Source of the DNA: Octopus sinensis
Lineage: Eukaryota
Assembly (NCBI RefSeq): GCF_006345805.1
Contig: NC_043010.1
Span: forward strand, 19,096,001 to 19,160,000
Reading direction: 5' to 3'
Length of the DNA: 64,000 nt
Below the pieces are notes generated by a model that saw only the letters and a program-made list of their open reading frames with translations, had not been told where the DNA came from and did not search any database. Below are positions 25,886 to 39,070 of this stretch, piece after piece. A program made the translations under genes and the position numbers. How positions within the stretch are numbered: position 1 is the first letter of the stretch; the number at the start of each line of letters is the position of its first letter.

Positions 25886-26608
25886 CTGGAAAATGTAAAT
25901 GAGTGTAGTTTCCTAGTTTTTTGACTGATTTTGTACATTCCTAATTTAAAATGTTGGTGTTGATCTGGGAACATCGTAATCAATATGGCCTTGTGTCGTA
26001 TTGCGCCCTCCTTGCATATATCAATGGGTGCCTGCAGTATCACCAATCTCAGAGTGAGCATAGGTACCTAATGTTAGCTCCATATGGAGAAGGTGCTCAA
26101 TTGATCTCTGAGGATGGTAGAGGGGGAATGTGGTGCTTATGTGAGACCTGCTATGCTGTACTCACGGAGTGGCATACACCATTCTATGCCTGAGTGGCTG
26201 TACTGTAGCAGTACATAGTATGTGGAGTTTCAGTGTGAGTTCTGACGAAATGTATGCAAATGAGTTCATTACTGGGGTTCAGAACTCTCGTGGGAAAAAA
26301 ATTCGCGTCCCGGGCAAGCTGAACTCCGGCGTGTACAAGCTGACGCTCTTTGAAATTTCCTTGTCTTTGCCACGACCTCCTTAGCGCCCCTTAGCACATG
26401 GCGTACAGCTCTGAGTTGCCGGTACCTTGAACTGGCCCTGGATAGAGACAGGAACAGAAAGCAACAACAAAACAAAAATGCAATTGTGTAGAAATTTAGC
26501 AATGGAGCAAAAAGACAGTGTCAAATGTCGGCGATGTTCTTTCGGTAAAATTGTATTTAAAAACACAACACAAATTCACCATCAGATATGAAAGATGTCG
26601 AGACTTAC

Positions 26609-27731
26609 CTATCTTTAAGCTGCCAGTCCAGCTATGTCGTCTGTTAGCTTGAATTGTACTCCTTTGTAGTGATATCATCTTGTCTATCAGCATCTGTCGT
26701 TCTTCTATGCTCATTTCCTGATGTATTCTCTGGGCAGGAACTGAACTCGTGTCATTTCTTTCAAGTGGATCTCTGTTTCTGATATTATTGCTGCTGCTGC
26801 TGCTGTTGTTGTTGGTGGTGGTGGTAGTCTCCTCTTCATCACCGTTTTGGCTGTTACTGTTCTCCCTATTGCAGTTGTTGCTGTTGTTGTTGTTATCGTC
26901 ACTGCACTTGATGCTGTCATCCTCGTTGTTCCTACTGCTGCTGTCATCATTGTTTCTCATATTATTATTATTGTTGTAACTGTTATTATCGTCTTCGCTG
27001 TTGCAGCCGTTTGATCCATTTCCGTTGCACAGTTTAGTGACACCGACTTGCCTGAGTGTTTCGTCATTGCCCTCATCACATTGCAGCTTGGCACCCTCTC
27101 TAACCATTGTTATATCCGCAGTCAAGTTTTCCAACCTCGTTAGGGCCTCAGCATCATTATTTTCAACTCCTTCGTTGTCCTGTCGACTCTCTGTTAAAAG
27201 ATCAGATGTCAGGTGGTGTTTCGTACTACTATAATCCATATCCTGGTCAATACTGTCACAATAATCTTCTTTTTGAAGATAACTAGTTTCGATGATGTTG
27301 TCAAGGATATCAGGAAGACTTCCGGTCACTTCCGTCTCTTCTCCGTCCGAAGCAAAGTTGTCCAGCACGTCGAGCGAGTTCTCGTCCGAGATGTCTTCTA
27401 CGTCGTCCGAGTAGGCCACATGTTCACTAGCTAAAGCTTCTAACTGGTCTGTAGACTGCGATGGGGTTCCAGAAATTTCGACAACAGCAACTTGACCGTC
27501 AGGTATGTCATTACATTTGGTCATTTCTTCTTTGTAAATTCCGTTTTTAGTTTGCCCGACAGCTGTCGAGTAATCCTGACGGTCAGTTACAGACGATTCC
27601 ATCCTTCCTAGAATATATTGTGTGGTCGACGACTTAGGCTCCGATTCTTGTAACAAAACGGTCAACGAGGAATTTGTAGAAACGAAGTCTTCGAGTTTAC
27701 ACTCTATTTCATATTGAAAGTAGTTTGACAT
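26609..27731 (-). CDS. Large exon of an uncharacterised gene: acidic, Ser/Asn-rich, probably disordered, about 374 aa
   Basis: 1.2 kb stop-free frame of mostly unique sequence in an AT-rich background, with poly-Asn/Thr/Ser runs kept in frame. Strong donor ATAG|GTAAGT after ...RRHSWTGSLKI (phase 1). A TAG acceptor lies 4 nt upstream of the ATG. Confidence 0.75.
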
Positions 27732-29104
27732 CGTTCTATGTTTGTGTGTATTAGGTAAATAGCTATATGAACGTATCTACATAAAAGTTGTATAAGTAGT
27801 TTATATATATATATATCTGTTTGAGAATTCTTTTAAGTCTGTGTTAATGACTTCAGAGTAGCAATAAATGCGTTTTACTCAGTCACAAGATCAGTGAAGG
27901 GAAAAGAGAGAAAGTGATAGAGTTGGTTTGCGTACAGAAACTCCGAGTATTCCACAGGAAAGGTAATACAATTGATGTTAAGATATATTCCGTGTATCAT
28001 TTGTTATTTAGAGATCTAATCTTTCATATTGGTATGCATCTGTTAAAGGGAAATAAAAATAAAGTAAGATAAATTTAGATTTTCCACTCAGATACGAGCG
28101 TATTTTTCATGTAAGTGTGTGTGTGGATGGGTGGGGGACATATGCAGTGGAACTACTCCTCATTGTATTACGGGTATTTATTTTCTTATTCTGGTACTTT
28201 CATTTTTCAGATGGAGATTTTCCTGGTGAGGTACAGAACTGGAAATTGCTGGAACAAAACATTGTCTTTAGCTTTAGATCAGAATTGGTAATTTCTGGAG
28301 ATCAGAGCTGGTAGTTGTCAGATGGTAGAATCGGTAATTCCAATAGATTAGAACAGCTGTGAACGAAAGAAAAACAAGGAATTCCAGGTTTAATTCAAAG
28401 TTGGAACAAAATACATTTTATTTAAGAAAGAAATAATAAGTTGACATTAGAATTCAATAATTAAAGGGAAATTAAATTTTAAGGTGTCCAAGATCTTGGT
28501 TTCAAATTTTTGCGCAAAGCCAGAAATTTCGATAGATGGGGCTTGTCTCTTACATCAACCCCGTTGCTCAACTGATATATATTTTATCGACCCCGAAAGG
28601 ATGAAATGGCAAACTCGACCTTGAAGGACCTTGAACTCAGAACATAAAGATGGAAGAAATGCCACAATGCATTTTTCCCGGCGTGCTTACGCTTCTGCTA
28701 GTTCGCCGCCTTAACGTGTTCAATATATTACGAAACAAACGCGCTGGACCCAAATGGCTAAGATGCTAGGCTAATGTCGCCATGGTCTAATCGATTCACC
28801 CCCATTTTATGCACCTATATAGCAGCTAACTGAATTAACAAGTGTCACATTAACTAAACCCGACTGAGGAGCCGGTTTGACAACCCTTTTCGAGAACAAT
28901 ACAGGGGCAAGGAATTATATTAGGTAAGTTTTGATTACAGATACCGGAGAGTAATATCAAAATACAACACGTCTTCACCATACACTTCCAAACAATATGT
29001 TATCAATGTATACCTCACATGGTCTCACTATCACCACTACACCACACAAACATATCCTCAGCCATACAGTATATACTTACTACCATACTACATCGCCATC
29101 ACTC

Positions 29105-29420
29105 AACATGTCCCCACCTATTAGTTCATCCGTCGTTGTCGACGATGATCCAGGACATCACATGGAAGAAAAAGACAGGACAGTGTATCGGCTGTGGCCA
29201 ACCAATCCGATGCATGTTCGGAAGGCTCTGTTACAGGTCAGATACTGGTGGTCTGTTGGAAATGAAGGCAAGGAGTTGACCCTGGATTTGCTTTCTTTCT
29301 GCCCCTGCAATCCTTTTGCGTTCGTAGAAGTTGACACCCTTGTTGGTGCAGCTTCGCTAGGCAGGCAGGTCCTGTGCTTGCCTTTCCCAGGTGTCAGGGT
29401 TGGTCTCAAAGCTCGTCAAC
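29105..29420 (-). mobile_element. Decayed RTE-BovB LINE 3' fragment
   Basis: NPDTWERQAQD...KGVNFYERKRIAGAERK and the C2H2-like TCNRAFRTCIGLVGHSR. Confidence 0.8.
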
Positions 29421-29544
29421 TAACATACACCACTCAACATGTCGTCACTGACCAATTACATTACTGCGCATGTCCTCCCAACCACGCAGCGACACAATTA
29501 TACCCTTGCTACCACACAATATCACACATCTGCTCACAACCATG

Positions 29545-29927
29545 GAAGCACTCCGTCGGTTACGACGACGAGGATTCCGGTTGATCCGAATCAACGGAAC
29601 AGCCTGCTCGTGAAATTAACGTGTAAGTGGCTGAGCACTCCACAGACACGTGTACCTTTAACGTAGTTCTCGGGGATATTCAGCGTAACACAGAGAGTGA
29701 CAAGGCCGGCCCTTTGAAATACAGGTACAACAGAAACAGGAAGTAAGAGTGAGAGAAAGTTGTGGTGAAAGAGTACAGCAGGGATCACCACCATCCCCTG
29801 CCGGAGCCTCGTGGAGCTTTTAGGTGTTTTCGCTCAATAAACACTCACAACGCCCGGTCTGGGAATCGAAACCGCGATCCTATGACCGCGAGTCCGCTGC
29901 CCTAACCACTGGGCCATTGCGCCTCCG
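29545..29927 (-). mobile_element. tRNA-derived SINE family 3, representative copy. Others at about 98-392(+), 568-835(+), 34835-35005(-), 35368-35749(-)
   Basis: Head GCGCAATGGCCCAGTGGTTAGGGCAGCGG...GGTTTCGATTCCC is shared by all copies. Tails differ. Confidence 0.88.
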
Positions 29928-30316
29928 CTCACAACCATACTGTGTACTGCACAACATAACCCGCATCACCACCAGGTACATCACACATGTCCTCTCTGCT
30001 ATGCTTCATCCACATAATTTTAGCCAAATATTGGAGTGCTGACAGAAATAAACTAATTTGACCTCCATGTGACGCATATCCACTGTTAAATGGGCATACA
30101 CGTACAACACACACACCTTTCTGAAGTTACATAGACATATGCCTACTTTATCGATATCTATTCACGGCGATGTGCAATGTAAGAATCTATGGAATCTGTT
30201 TATGGTTGCATAGAAGAACAGCTTACAATTAAATGAAGTCTCTAACGCCAAGTGGTACCTATTTACAGACTATTAAAAAATATATGATGTTTCTGCCATA
30301 GTACCTACTTACTTCA

Positions 30317-30548
30317 GGTGGCGAGCTGGCAGAATCGTTAGCACGCCGGGCGAAATGCTTAGCAGTATTTCGTCTGCCGTTATGTTCTGAGTTCAAATTC
30401 CGCCGAGGTCGACTTTGCCTTTCATCCTTTCGGGGTCGATAAATAAAGTACCAGTTACGCACTGGGGTAGATGTAATCGACTTAATCCCTTTGTCTGTCC
30501 TTGTTTGTCCCCTCTATGTTTAGCCCCTTGTGGGCAATAAAGAAATAT
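30317..30548 (+). mobile_element. tRNA-derived SINE with a Meta-like domain, representative copy. About 20 others, e.g. 4560-4787(-), 6015-6234(-), 17715-17939(-), 28497-28712(-), 45838-46035(-), 46560-46918(-), 48565-49025(-), 49060-49267(+), 52955-53190(-), 59970-60190(-), 60757-61385(+), 61762-61950(+), 62155-62615(+)
   Basis: Head GGCGAGCTGGCAGAATCGTTAG...GAGTTCAAATTCC and core GCCTTTCATCCTTTCGGGGTCGATAAA..AAGTACCAG. Two alternative tails occur. Confidence 0.9.
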
Positions 30549-31649
30549 ATATATTCTATTTATTTTCTGCTCGAGTCAACGAGGGAGCTTCTACACTGTC
30601 CGACCTGCTAGAAATGGTGACAGAATCTCCTTTAAATCAGACACTACAATCTTGAAAAAGAAAAAAAAAGGGGGTGAGAAAGAAATTGGTCAGTGTGGTT
30701 CTAGATACTCTTAAAAAGTCAGGAGGTTTATGGTTGGAACGTATTTGATTGCTGTCTGTGCGATCAGAGCTGTGTGAAGTCATCGAGAGCAACAGGTGGA
30801 CGATGTCGACATAATGTTTTGATGCTGGAAACTATTCATTTAGCTTGGATGGTTGTCCACCACTGTGTCCAAATGACTTGTGACTTCATGGATGAGTTTC
30901 AGACAACTATTTAATGATCTGCTTGTCCAACGAGCCACTACAGGCATTCTTTTTGGATATATATATTGACAAAATATTCGTCTGAACAACAAAATAAGCA
31001 GACGAATCAAGGTAGGTAACTGTGGCATATCTGAATTCATACACACGCACGCACACACACGGACACACTCACACACACACGCACGCACGCATCAACACAC
31101 ACGCACGCACACACACACACACACGTGCACGCACACACACACATACACGCACGCACACATACACGCACGCACATACACACACACGCACATACACGCACAC
31201 TCACACATACATGCACGCGCGCACACACCTCCGATAGGCTTCCACAATTTCTGTCTACCAAATTCACTCAGAACATGTCGTCCTCTGTTGTGAAACTCCA
31301 TCCGAAACTAAATGGTTGTAAAACGTGTTAACCGCTACCCGAGACCAATACGTTATGGGACTGTTTTATATACAATTTACCTTTTCTTAACGGAAAGAAT
31401 AATTATATAATAATCAGACATGGATGGAATCTAGTCTGTTTGGTTGACAAACTAGATCCCATGGTTGGCGCTTTTGCAAGAAGGGGCAATTAAAAACATG
31501 GGTGTCGTTAAAAATAAAATCAACGAAAAAAAACGATGAAGGTAAAAACTAAAAAAAAGTTTTGCCAGAGCGAAGACTTGTAGAGTTGTGTCCCTTGGGT
31601 TAGCTTGGTGGAAGTCAAGATTATTAGATGAATGTATGTGTCTATGGTG

Positions 31650-31890
31650 GGGGCGCGTGGCTTAGTGGTTAGGGTGTCAGCACCATGATCGTAAGATTGT
31701 GGTTTCGATTCTTGGACCGGGCGACGCGTTGTGCTCTTGAGCAAAGCACTTCATTTCACGTTGCTCCAGTCCACTCAGCTAGCAAAAATAAGTAACGCTG
31801 CGATGGACTGGCGTCCCGTCCAGCTGGGAACTCATAGAAACCGGGAAACCGGGCCCATGAGCCTGGCTTGGCTTTAAAAAGGGCGCATTT
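31650..31890 (+). mobile_element. tRNA-derived SINE with a V-like domain
   Basis: Head GGCGCGTGGCTTAGTGGTTAGGG...GGTTTCGATTC and motif GCGATGGACTGGCGTCCCGTCCAG. (TTA)n tail. Its 3' part is shared with 750-835. Confidence 0.75.
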
Positions 31891-32088
31891 ATTATTATTT
31901 TATTATGTGTATATGATTGAGGTAGGATGAGGGGTTGACTGCGAAAAGATTAGGGAGATATGGTGGAGGAGGGAAAGGTGGTAATGAGCTTGTGTGCGAA
32001 GGAGTAATGTATGTATGCGTGTACCGGTGATGTAGTGGCAGGGGGAGAGTAAGAGGTAGGCACGAAGGTAGGGAGGCGAAGAGAAAGG

Positions 32089-32119
<31 letters not shown>

Positions 32120-32217
32120 TGAAACAGAGGCACTTAGAGTTAAGAGTGGAAGGAATGGTCGGAGGGAATAAAAGAAAGTGATTCTGTGCGTTTAAGATGG
32201 AAAAATATAGAGACAAA

Positions 32218-32612
32218 GGATCTTTTCGGTTTGAACGGCAGTTTTTAACATAATTTCTAGGTAACTAAACACTTTTAAACTTCGTATACTGGTAGAATGT
32301 GTTTATAAAACATCTTTTTCTCCTGGCTTTATTGAAAAAATTCTATAGTTTGTAAGATATTTGTTGTTTTTTTCTTCAATTTCTGCAATTTCAACCAATC
32401 AATGACGTCCATTGAGGTAAAAAAGCATTGGGTTTATTTACATTTGTGAAGAAAAAAAAGATACCCTTCTCCCCCACCCCTAACCTTAACCCTAACTAAC
32501 CCTAACCCTAAAACAGATTTAAATGCAATAGATCGATACTAGGGTCATAATTATGGGTGACAATTTCATATGACACCGCTAGAAAAAACTGCCGTTCAAA
32601 CCGAAAAGATCC
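32218..32612. mobile_element. GG-terminal MITE (about 29-bp TIR) with internal (CCCTAA)n tract, copy 1
   Basis: GGATCTTTTCGGTTTGAACGGCAGTTTTT ... AAAAACTGCCGTTCAAACCGAAAAGATCC. No TSD visible at this copy. Confidence 0.92.
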
Positions 32613-33134
32613 CTTGGTGGACTTGGACCAATTCGTCAGAATATGCCTTCACTCATGAATGAAGTGAATTCTATCTGGATATCCCCAATACTGAAGAGCG
32701 CAGGTTTTACATTTCTGGACGATCATGTCTGATAGCTGTTTCGTTCTTCTTTCCGTTAAAAAAAATCTAATCTCTACGAAAGCCTCCGGTAGCATTTCTG
32801 TCGTCTGCGATGCTAAACTCACAATACTGTATTAAAAACGACATGACTACTTTTGCTACAAGGCCAGCAAACTCAAGGGAGAGGGGTGAGTCGATTACGT
32901 CGACCCAGTTGCTCAGCTGGTACTCATTTTATCGATCCTGAAACGATGGAAGGTAAAGTCGATCTTGGCGGAATTTAAACTCAGGAGGTAAAGACGGACG
33001 AAATGAAGCTTGGCATTTTGTCCGGCACCGTAACGACTGTGTCAGCTATCTTACACCGAATGTGCTCTTTTTCTGGTTTATGAACTTTCACCACACACAC
33101 ACACAAATGTATATATGTATGTATGTGCTATAAA

Positions 33135-33195
<61 letters not shown>

Positions 33196-33476
33196 TGTGT
33201 GTATTTGTGTTAAATGGCCTGCTAGAAATAGCAACCAGATCCCTTTGAAACCACACTCTGTCATCTTAAAAGAAGGATGGACCCTGTTAGAATTTAATAC
33301 AGTTTTTAATACAATAAGTATGTCGAATGAAACATCCATGTTTTCAGTGGTGAATTATTCAAACGAAAAGATCCCCCACTACTTCTGCTCGTGATCAGAG
33401 ATGCACATACCGTCAGCCATTAAGGGATATTCTCAACTGGTTACGGTCAAACAACTGACAAGCAAATCTGTGGTTA

Positions 33477-33770
33477 AGGTGGGTGAATGTTGGAAGAATG
33501 GCCAGTGTGAAAGGACCAATTCTGAGCGTGCACCTATAAAAAAAAAAAAAGAAGGGCTCTTGCCCCGTTGTTCAGGCACCTGTGGCTTTTGTGGGTTTTT
33601 ACTCGAGGACCTTAAAGTGCCTCCCCTATCGGGAGTTTTAATTTGTTCAACTTTGTTTTGTTATTACATTGTGTACATGCGAAAGCCTAATCGTCCAGTT
33701 GTTGTCTTTAATGTTATTGCATGTCCTTTAATGTTTTTTTTTATGTGAGCCCTTGTGGCTAATAAAAGAA
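33477..33770 (+). mobile_element. 3' end of a related Tx1-like LINE
   Basis: RWVNVGRMASVKGPILSVHL* is homologous to the 42.8 kb C-terminus. Similar tail GCCCTTGTGGCTAATAAAAGAA. Confidence 0.7.
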
Positions 33771-36700
33771 TTCATCATCATTATTATTATTGTTGTTGTT
33801 TTTATAATAGATCAACAGGTGTCACAGATTGTATACAACTATTATACCAACAACAACAACCGCTCCGCTTCACACCACCGCCATCGCCACCACTGCAACT
33901 ACTACTACTACTACTTCGTTTGTTGCGTCATCACCACCGTCATCACCACCGTCATCATCACCGTCGTCAACGCCTCCACCACCACCTCCCCTAATATCCA
34001 CCACTTTACCATCATCGCTAACAATCTGCTGATAATAACAGCCAAATCTACCTCAAATCACATTCGATAACATTTTAGCAAAAAAAAAAAAAAAGTCCTA
34101 TACATAGGATTCTTTAAGAGAGGAGATGGGGTGGTCAGGGATGGAATGCTTTTGATCATAAGGTTTGCTTGATCTAGACTGGCAGGTGGTGGTGGCGGGG
34201 GGGGGGGGTAAACACTACTACCACCACCACCAACAACAATAACAACACAACGTTAACGATAACAATAGTAATCCTTACGTGGTCCAATTTTGACCTGGGG
34301 CTAAATAACAACAGCAAGTCCGTCCTTCCCTCACATGAAAAGAAGTTGGTTAGTTTTAGTTCTTGCAGACATCTCCTCCTCTTACACCATCACCACCACC
34401 ACCACCACCTTGGGCAGATTAAGAAAGAGAGGAGGTAATTAAGGTCAGGTGGTGGTGGTGGTGGGAGAGTCGGTACTTGGGGTTGGGGGCCAAGGTTTAT
34501 CTTTTGTTGCTTACTTTGTGAAGTTACACTTTAATTAAAGTGATGACGGGGGGAGGGGAGTGAGGTATGGGATGGGTGGAATGGTGGTGGTAGTGGTGGG
34601 TAATGGGTAAAGGGTGGAGGACGCGGCTTTTTGTGTTGTTTTTCCACTTATTTCTGTTTGGAAACAAAATAGGGTTTACTCTTCATCTCCCCCTCTTCCA
34701 CCTACCCCATCTTTCACAACCAACGTCACCAGCACTACTAATTCACCGGCACTTCCACCACCTCTCCTAATAATCCACCACTCTCCCATCATTATCATTA
34801 TACCACTGCTACCCCCCGCCCCCACCACCACCGAGAGAAAGATGTGGTGAAAGTATAGCAGGGTTCGCCACCACCTCCTGTCGGAGCCTCACGGAGCTTT
34901 AGGTGTTTACGCTCAATAAACACTCACAACGCCCGGTCTGGGAATCGAAACCGCGATCCCACGACTGCAAGTCTGCTGCCTTAACCACTAGGCCATTGTG
35001 TCTCCACAACAAAGATATGCCTTTACGATGCAAGAACTGTAATAAGGAGAGATAGGGAAGTTTTAGACCCTCACATGGTGATAGAATTTGTCGATTGTGT
35101 TAAACCAGTAAATAAAAATCTCACCCACATCCTTTGCACTTGCCAAAAAATGTCCACGACGTGGTACCTTCGCACGAGGCATTTGGTCCTGATGGCCATA
35201 CCAAAGACACATCGGAATCAGAATATATCCTCATCTTTAAAAAATAAGGAATACTTTGATTTGCAAAGATTTCATTAGCAACACAACAGGATCACAAGCT
35301 CACTGTGTCTACTCCTACCTACCGCTTCTAGGATGGTCTCTACTCCATCCAACTAACAATTACTATTCGTGGCACTCTGTCATTTGAGACTACGAAGGTT
35401 CCAGTTGATCCGGATCAAAGGAACAGCCTGCTCGTGAAATTAACGTGCAAGTGGCTGAGTACTCCACAGACACGTGTATCCTTAACGTAGTTCTCGGGGA
35501 GATTCAGCGTGACACAGAGTGTGACATGGCTGGCCCCTTTGAAATACAGGTACAACAGAAACAGGAAGAAAGAGTGAGAGAAAGTTGTGGTGAAAGAGTA
35601 CAGCAGGATTCGCCACCACCCCCTGCCGGAGCCTCGTGGAGCTTTAGGTGTTTTCGCTCAATAAACACTCACAACGCCCGGTCTGGGAATCGAAACCGCG
35701 ATCCTTTGATCGCGAGTCCGCTGCCCTAACCACTGGGCCGTTGCCCCTCCTCAACAATGAATATGACACATCACAATTATACAGATCCGTCTGATACTCC
35801 TCTACCTCACTCTTTTACTAATTCATTTAATTTCACCTCTCAGATTGAACCACTCACCTGTCCTTCCACTTTGACAATCCACTGTATTATTCTTCCATCT
35901 CACGTGGTTGTTGTTGTTGGTCATCAGACCAGCCCTGTTTCGAAATATCTTTGATAAAAAAAGATTCCAGTTGTGACCAACCCATTTTTTCTGAATATAG
36001 TGGACGCCGGACTGGACATTAATGTGTGACTGGAGGGCAATGGCGACTCATGTATAGGCACTGCGGAACTGCAGCACTCCTTGTTTCCACTCGATATTAT
36101 CAATAACATTCAATATAATGAGTATTTTTTCTTTAATTCTTTCGTTATACTTGTACATTTTATAATCCTTAAGTTTAATGTCAGTAGCCATCTCCTAGTT
36201 TATGAAAAAAAACCCACAAATATCCTTGTATAGAACTGTGTGCTTCATAGTTCAAGTGACACGGTGTTTGGCTGTTGTGCGCATAATCACATGTCTGAGA
36301 TAGGAAGCTTCACGCTAGGGAGAGAGAGTACTGTTGTTCACACTGTGTTGACCCCGGTGTTCCGCTGAAAGGTAGTGTTTCTTTTTGACTCCGCATGTGT
36401 CGCGCTTAAAAATGTGTTTATATTCTTGAAAGTGATAAAGTGTACAATTAGATTATTATCCTACTTCCAGCTTCAGTGTTGCTACCAAGATTTGAAAAAT
36501 AGGGCAAATTTCCCCCATCCTTATTTTGCGATTTAGGGGAGATTTTTGAAAAACAAGAGGGAATTCGCACGGTGTTCAGTGAACAACTTAAACACACTCC
36601 TCGGCAGTGGCTAAAACACGAACTGATCAAGTTTTTGGATAAATATTCTTTCTATATGTTTGTTTCCTTTTACACAATATTAAAACAATGGCTAAAAATT

Positions 36701-38823
36701 TTCTGAAGCAGCACCCCCACTAATTTTATCTACGAATTGCCACTGCTGGAGGGAAATGTGGATTCTTGTTCTAGCAGTGCAACAATTTTAATCCAACGAA
36801 TCGGTCTGAATATTTGTTTTTTTTAAAGCCTGTTATTTATGTTATCGGTCTCTTTTGCCGAACTGTTAAGTCACAGGCACGTAAACACACCAACATCAGT
36901 TGTCAGTCGGTGGTGGGGAACAATCACACACACATGATGAGCTTCTTTCAGTTTCCGTTTACCGAAGCCACTCACAAGACTTTGGTCGGCCCATGGCTAC
37001 AGTACAAGACACTTGCCCAAGGCGTCACACAGTGGGATTGAACTCAAAATCATGCATAGTACACCAACCGCAAACCTCTTACCACACAGCCATGCCTGCG
37101 CCTAAATTTCTAAATAAGGATCGGTTACATTTGAAGGACAAACATGAACCCCATTCCCCCACCTGCCGCCTCCATTTCCTTCGACTGGGGTGAGTGGCGG
37201 GGATGGAGATAGAAGGGTGCCGGCGGAGACATTGTAGTGAGGGTAGCAGAGACGAAGGTAGGGTGGTGGTGTGTCAATGACGTAGTTTAAGTAAAGCTGG
37301 GAAGAGGTTGTAGGTAACTTAATAAAGACTAGCTTAATCTCCCTAATCTTAACCCCTAAGGGATAAAGAGACAACTTAGCTGCTTTGTGTTATGTCACCC
37401 TCTACATCCTCCCGCAGCTTCTTAACCTTCAAATGAAACTTATATTTTGTGAGAATAAATAGATTTGATGGCGGGGTTTCAATGGAGGAGGTGAGTGGTG
37501 TGACTTGTTTATAGGTATACCAACTGCGTATGATGTCATGGCTAAGATAACAGTCCACCTGCTTCTTTCTTAATTTAGTTAATCTTTCCTTCGTCTCTTC
37601 GTGTATTTATTTGTCATTGGATTTCTGTAAAACAATGCTTTTCTTCACAATAATTATCATTAAAGTCTCCTGATTTTATTCTTTTCATTACAAATATAAT
37701 TTTAATTGATTAAAAAAATCTGATGGGAGATGACTCACTACATGAGATATGTTAGCTAGATCTTAACTCTATGTTCTTGATGCAAAAGGCACACCTGGGA
37801 TATTTTAAAACACTCAATTCATGAATGTTTCCCTCTGAAAACATTGCTCTACTCCTTTATGCTAAGGTCTGTTAAATACCAGAAACACTATATTTCGCTG
37901 TTGAGGTCCAATAAGAAGGAAACATCTAAAGTTTCTTCCTCTCTTTTCCAAGCACCGGTTTCGGTTTTCACTGCTTCTCTCTTTTCCATTCACATTCTGA
38001 TCGATTTGAACCTTTGAGTGGCCTTCCCTGTCTTTCATGACAAGAATTATGATCTGAAGCTAAAACACTGGAGACGGAATTTGTCTAAGCATATGGTGAT
38101 CATGGGGTGATATTCATTACTGATGACGCGTATGTATGCAGAAATCCTGGGATTTAGCAATTCTACCGCCACTGCTGGATGCTCTTCCTCTGCTACTGAT
38201 AAGCTTTTATGCTTTTTAGCACTATTCATCTATAAAAATATTTACGCAAGATGAATACCGCAGTATTATGGCATTTTTGCATTATATCCACGTCAAGTAT
38301 GATATACAGATTGCCATTTTAAACTAATACTGCTTCTGTTGCTAACAACGAATTTTTGAAAGCTAATAATTTTTCTCTTCATTAAGGGTGTCCTTCTAAT
38401 TAGTAAAATGTGTTTTAGGGAATCATTGCATAAAATATCTTAGCCTCCACTTAAAGATATGTGTATATGTGTGTGTGTGTGTGTTTTATCGGTCTATGCA
38501 TGAATCGATCAATATCCAGAAGAAACCATCTGTCGTTGATACCAAACATATCCATCTCTCTCTCTCTCTCTCTCTCACTCTCACACACACTCTCTCTCTC
38601 TCTCTCTCACTCTCACTCTCTCTCTCTATATATCTATCTGTGTGTGTGTGTGTGTGTGTGTGTGTATGAGTGGCTGTGTGGTAAGAAGCTTGCTTCCCAA
38701 CCACATCGTTCCGGGTTCGGTCCCACTGTGTGGCACCTTGGGCAAGTGTCTTCTACTATACCCTCGCGCCGATCAAAGTCTTGTGAGTGGATCTGGTGGA
38801 CGGAAACTGAAAGAAGCCCATCG

Positions 38824-38896
<73 letters not shown>

Positions 38897-39070
38897 TATG
38901 TGTATATATATATGTATATGTATACATTTGTGCGTGTCTGTGTGTGTGTCCCCACCATCGCCTGACAACCGCTGTTGGTATGTTTACGTTCTCGTAACTT
39001 AGCGGTTCGGCATAAATGAATGACAGAATAAGTAGTGGGCTTACAAAGAATAAGTTCTGGGGTCGATCTA

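Noticed and set aside
29850-29927. tRNA-like sequences with A and B boxes (also 98-160, 31650-31722, 35675-35749)
   Set aside because: SINE heads that continue into SINE bodies. No clean acceptor stem or terminator was seen.
30259-30462. Recurrent ORF MRNWYFIYRPRKDERQSRPRRNLNSE (also 17789, 45929, 46776, 49030, 60809)
   Set aside because: Antisense translation of the Meta-type SINE, not a gene family.
32470-32510. Interstitial telomere or chromosome-fusion relic
   Set aside because: Only a few degenerate units, at the same position inside all three MITE copies.
37750-38300. Unique-looking region with a TTTTTATAG|ATG acceptor-like site on the minus strand
   Set aside because: Short ORF (60 aa), no donor or homology recognised. 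Possibly an old repeat.
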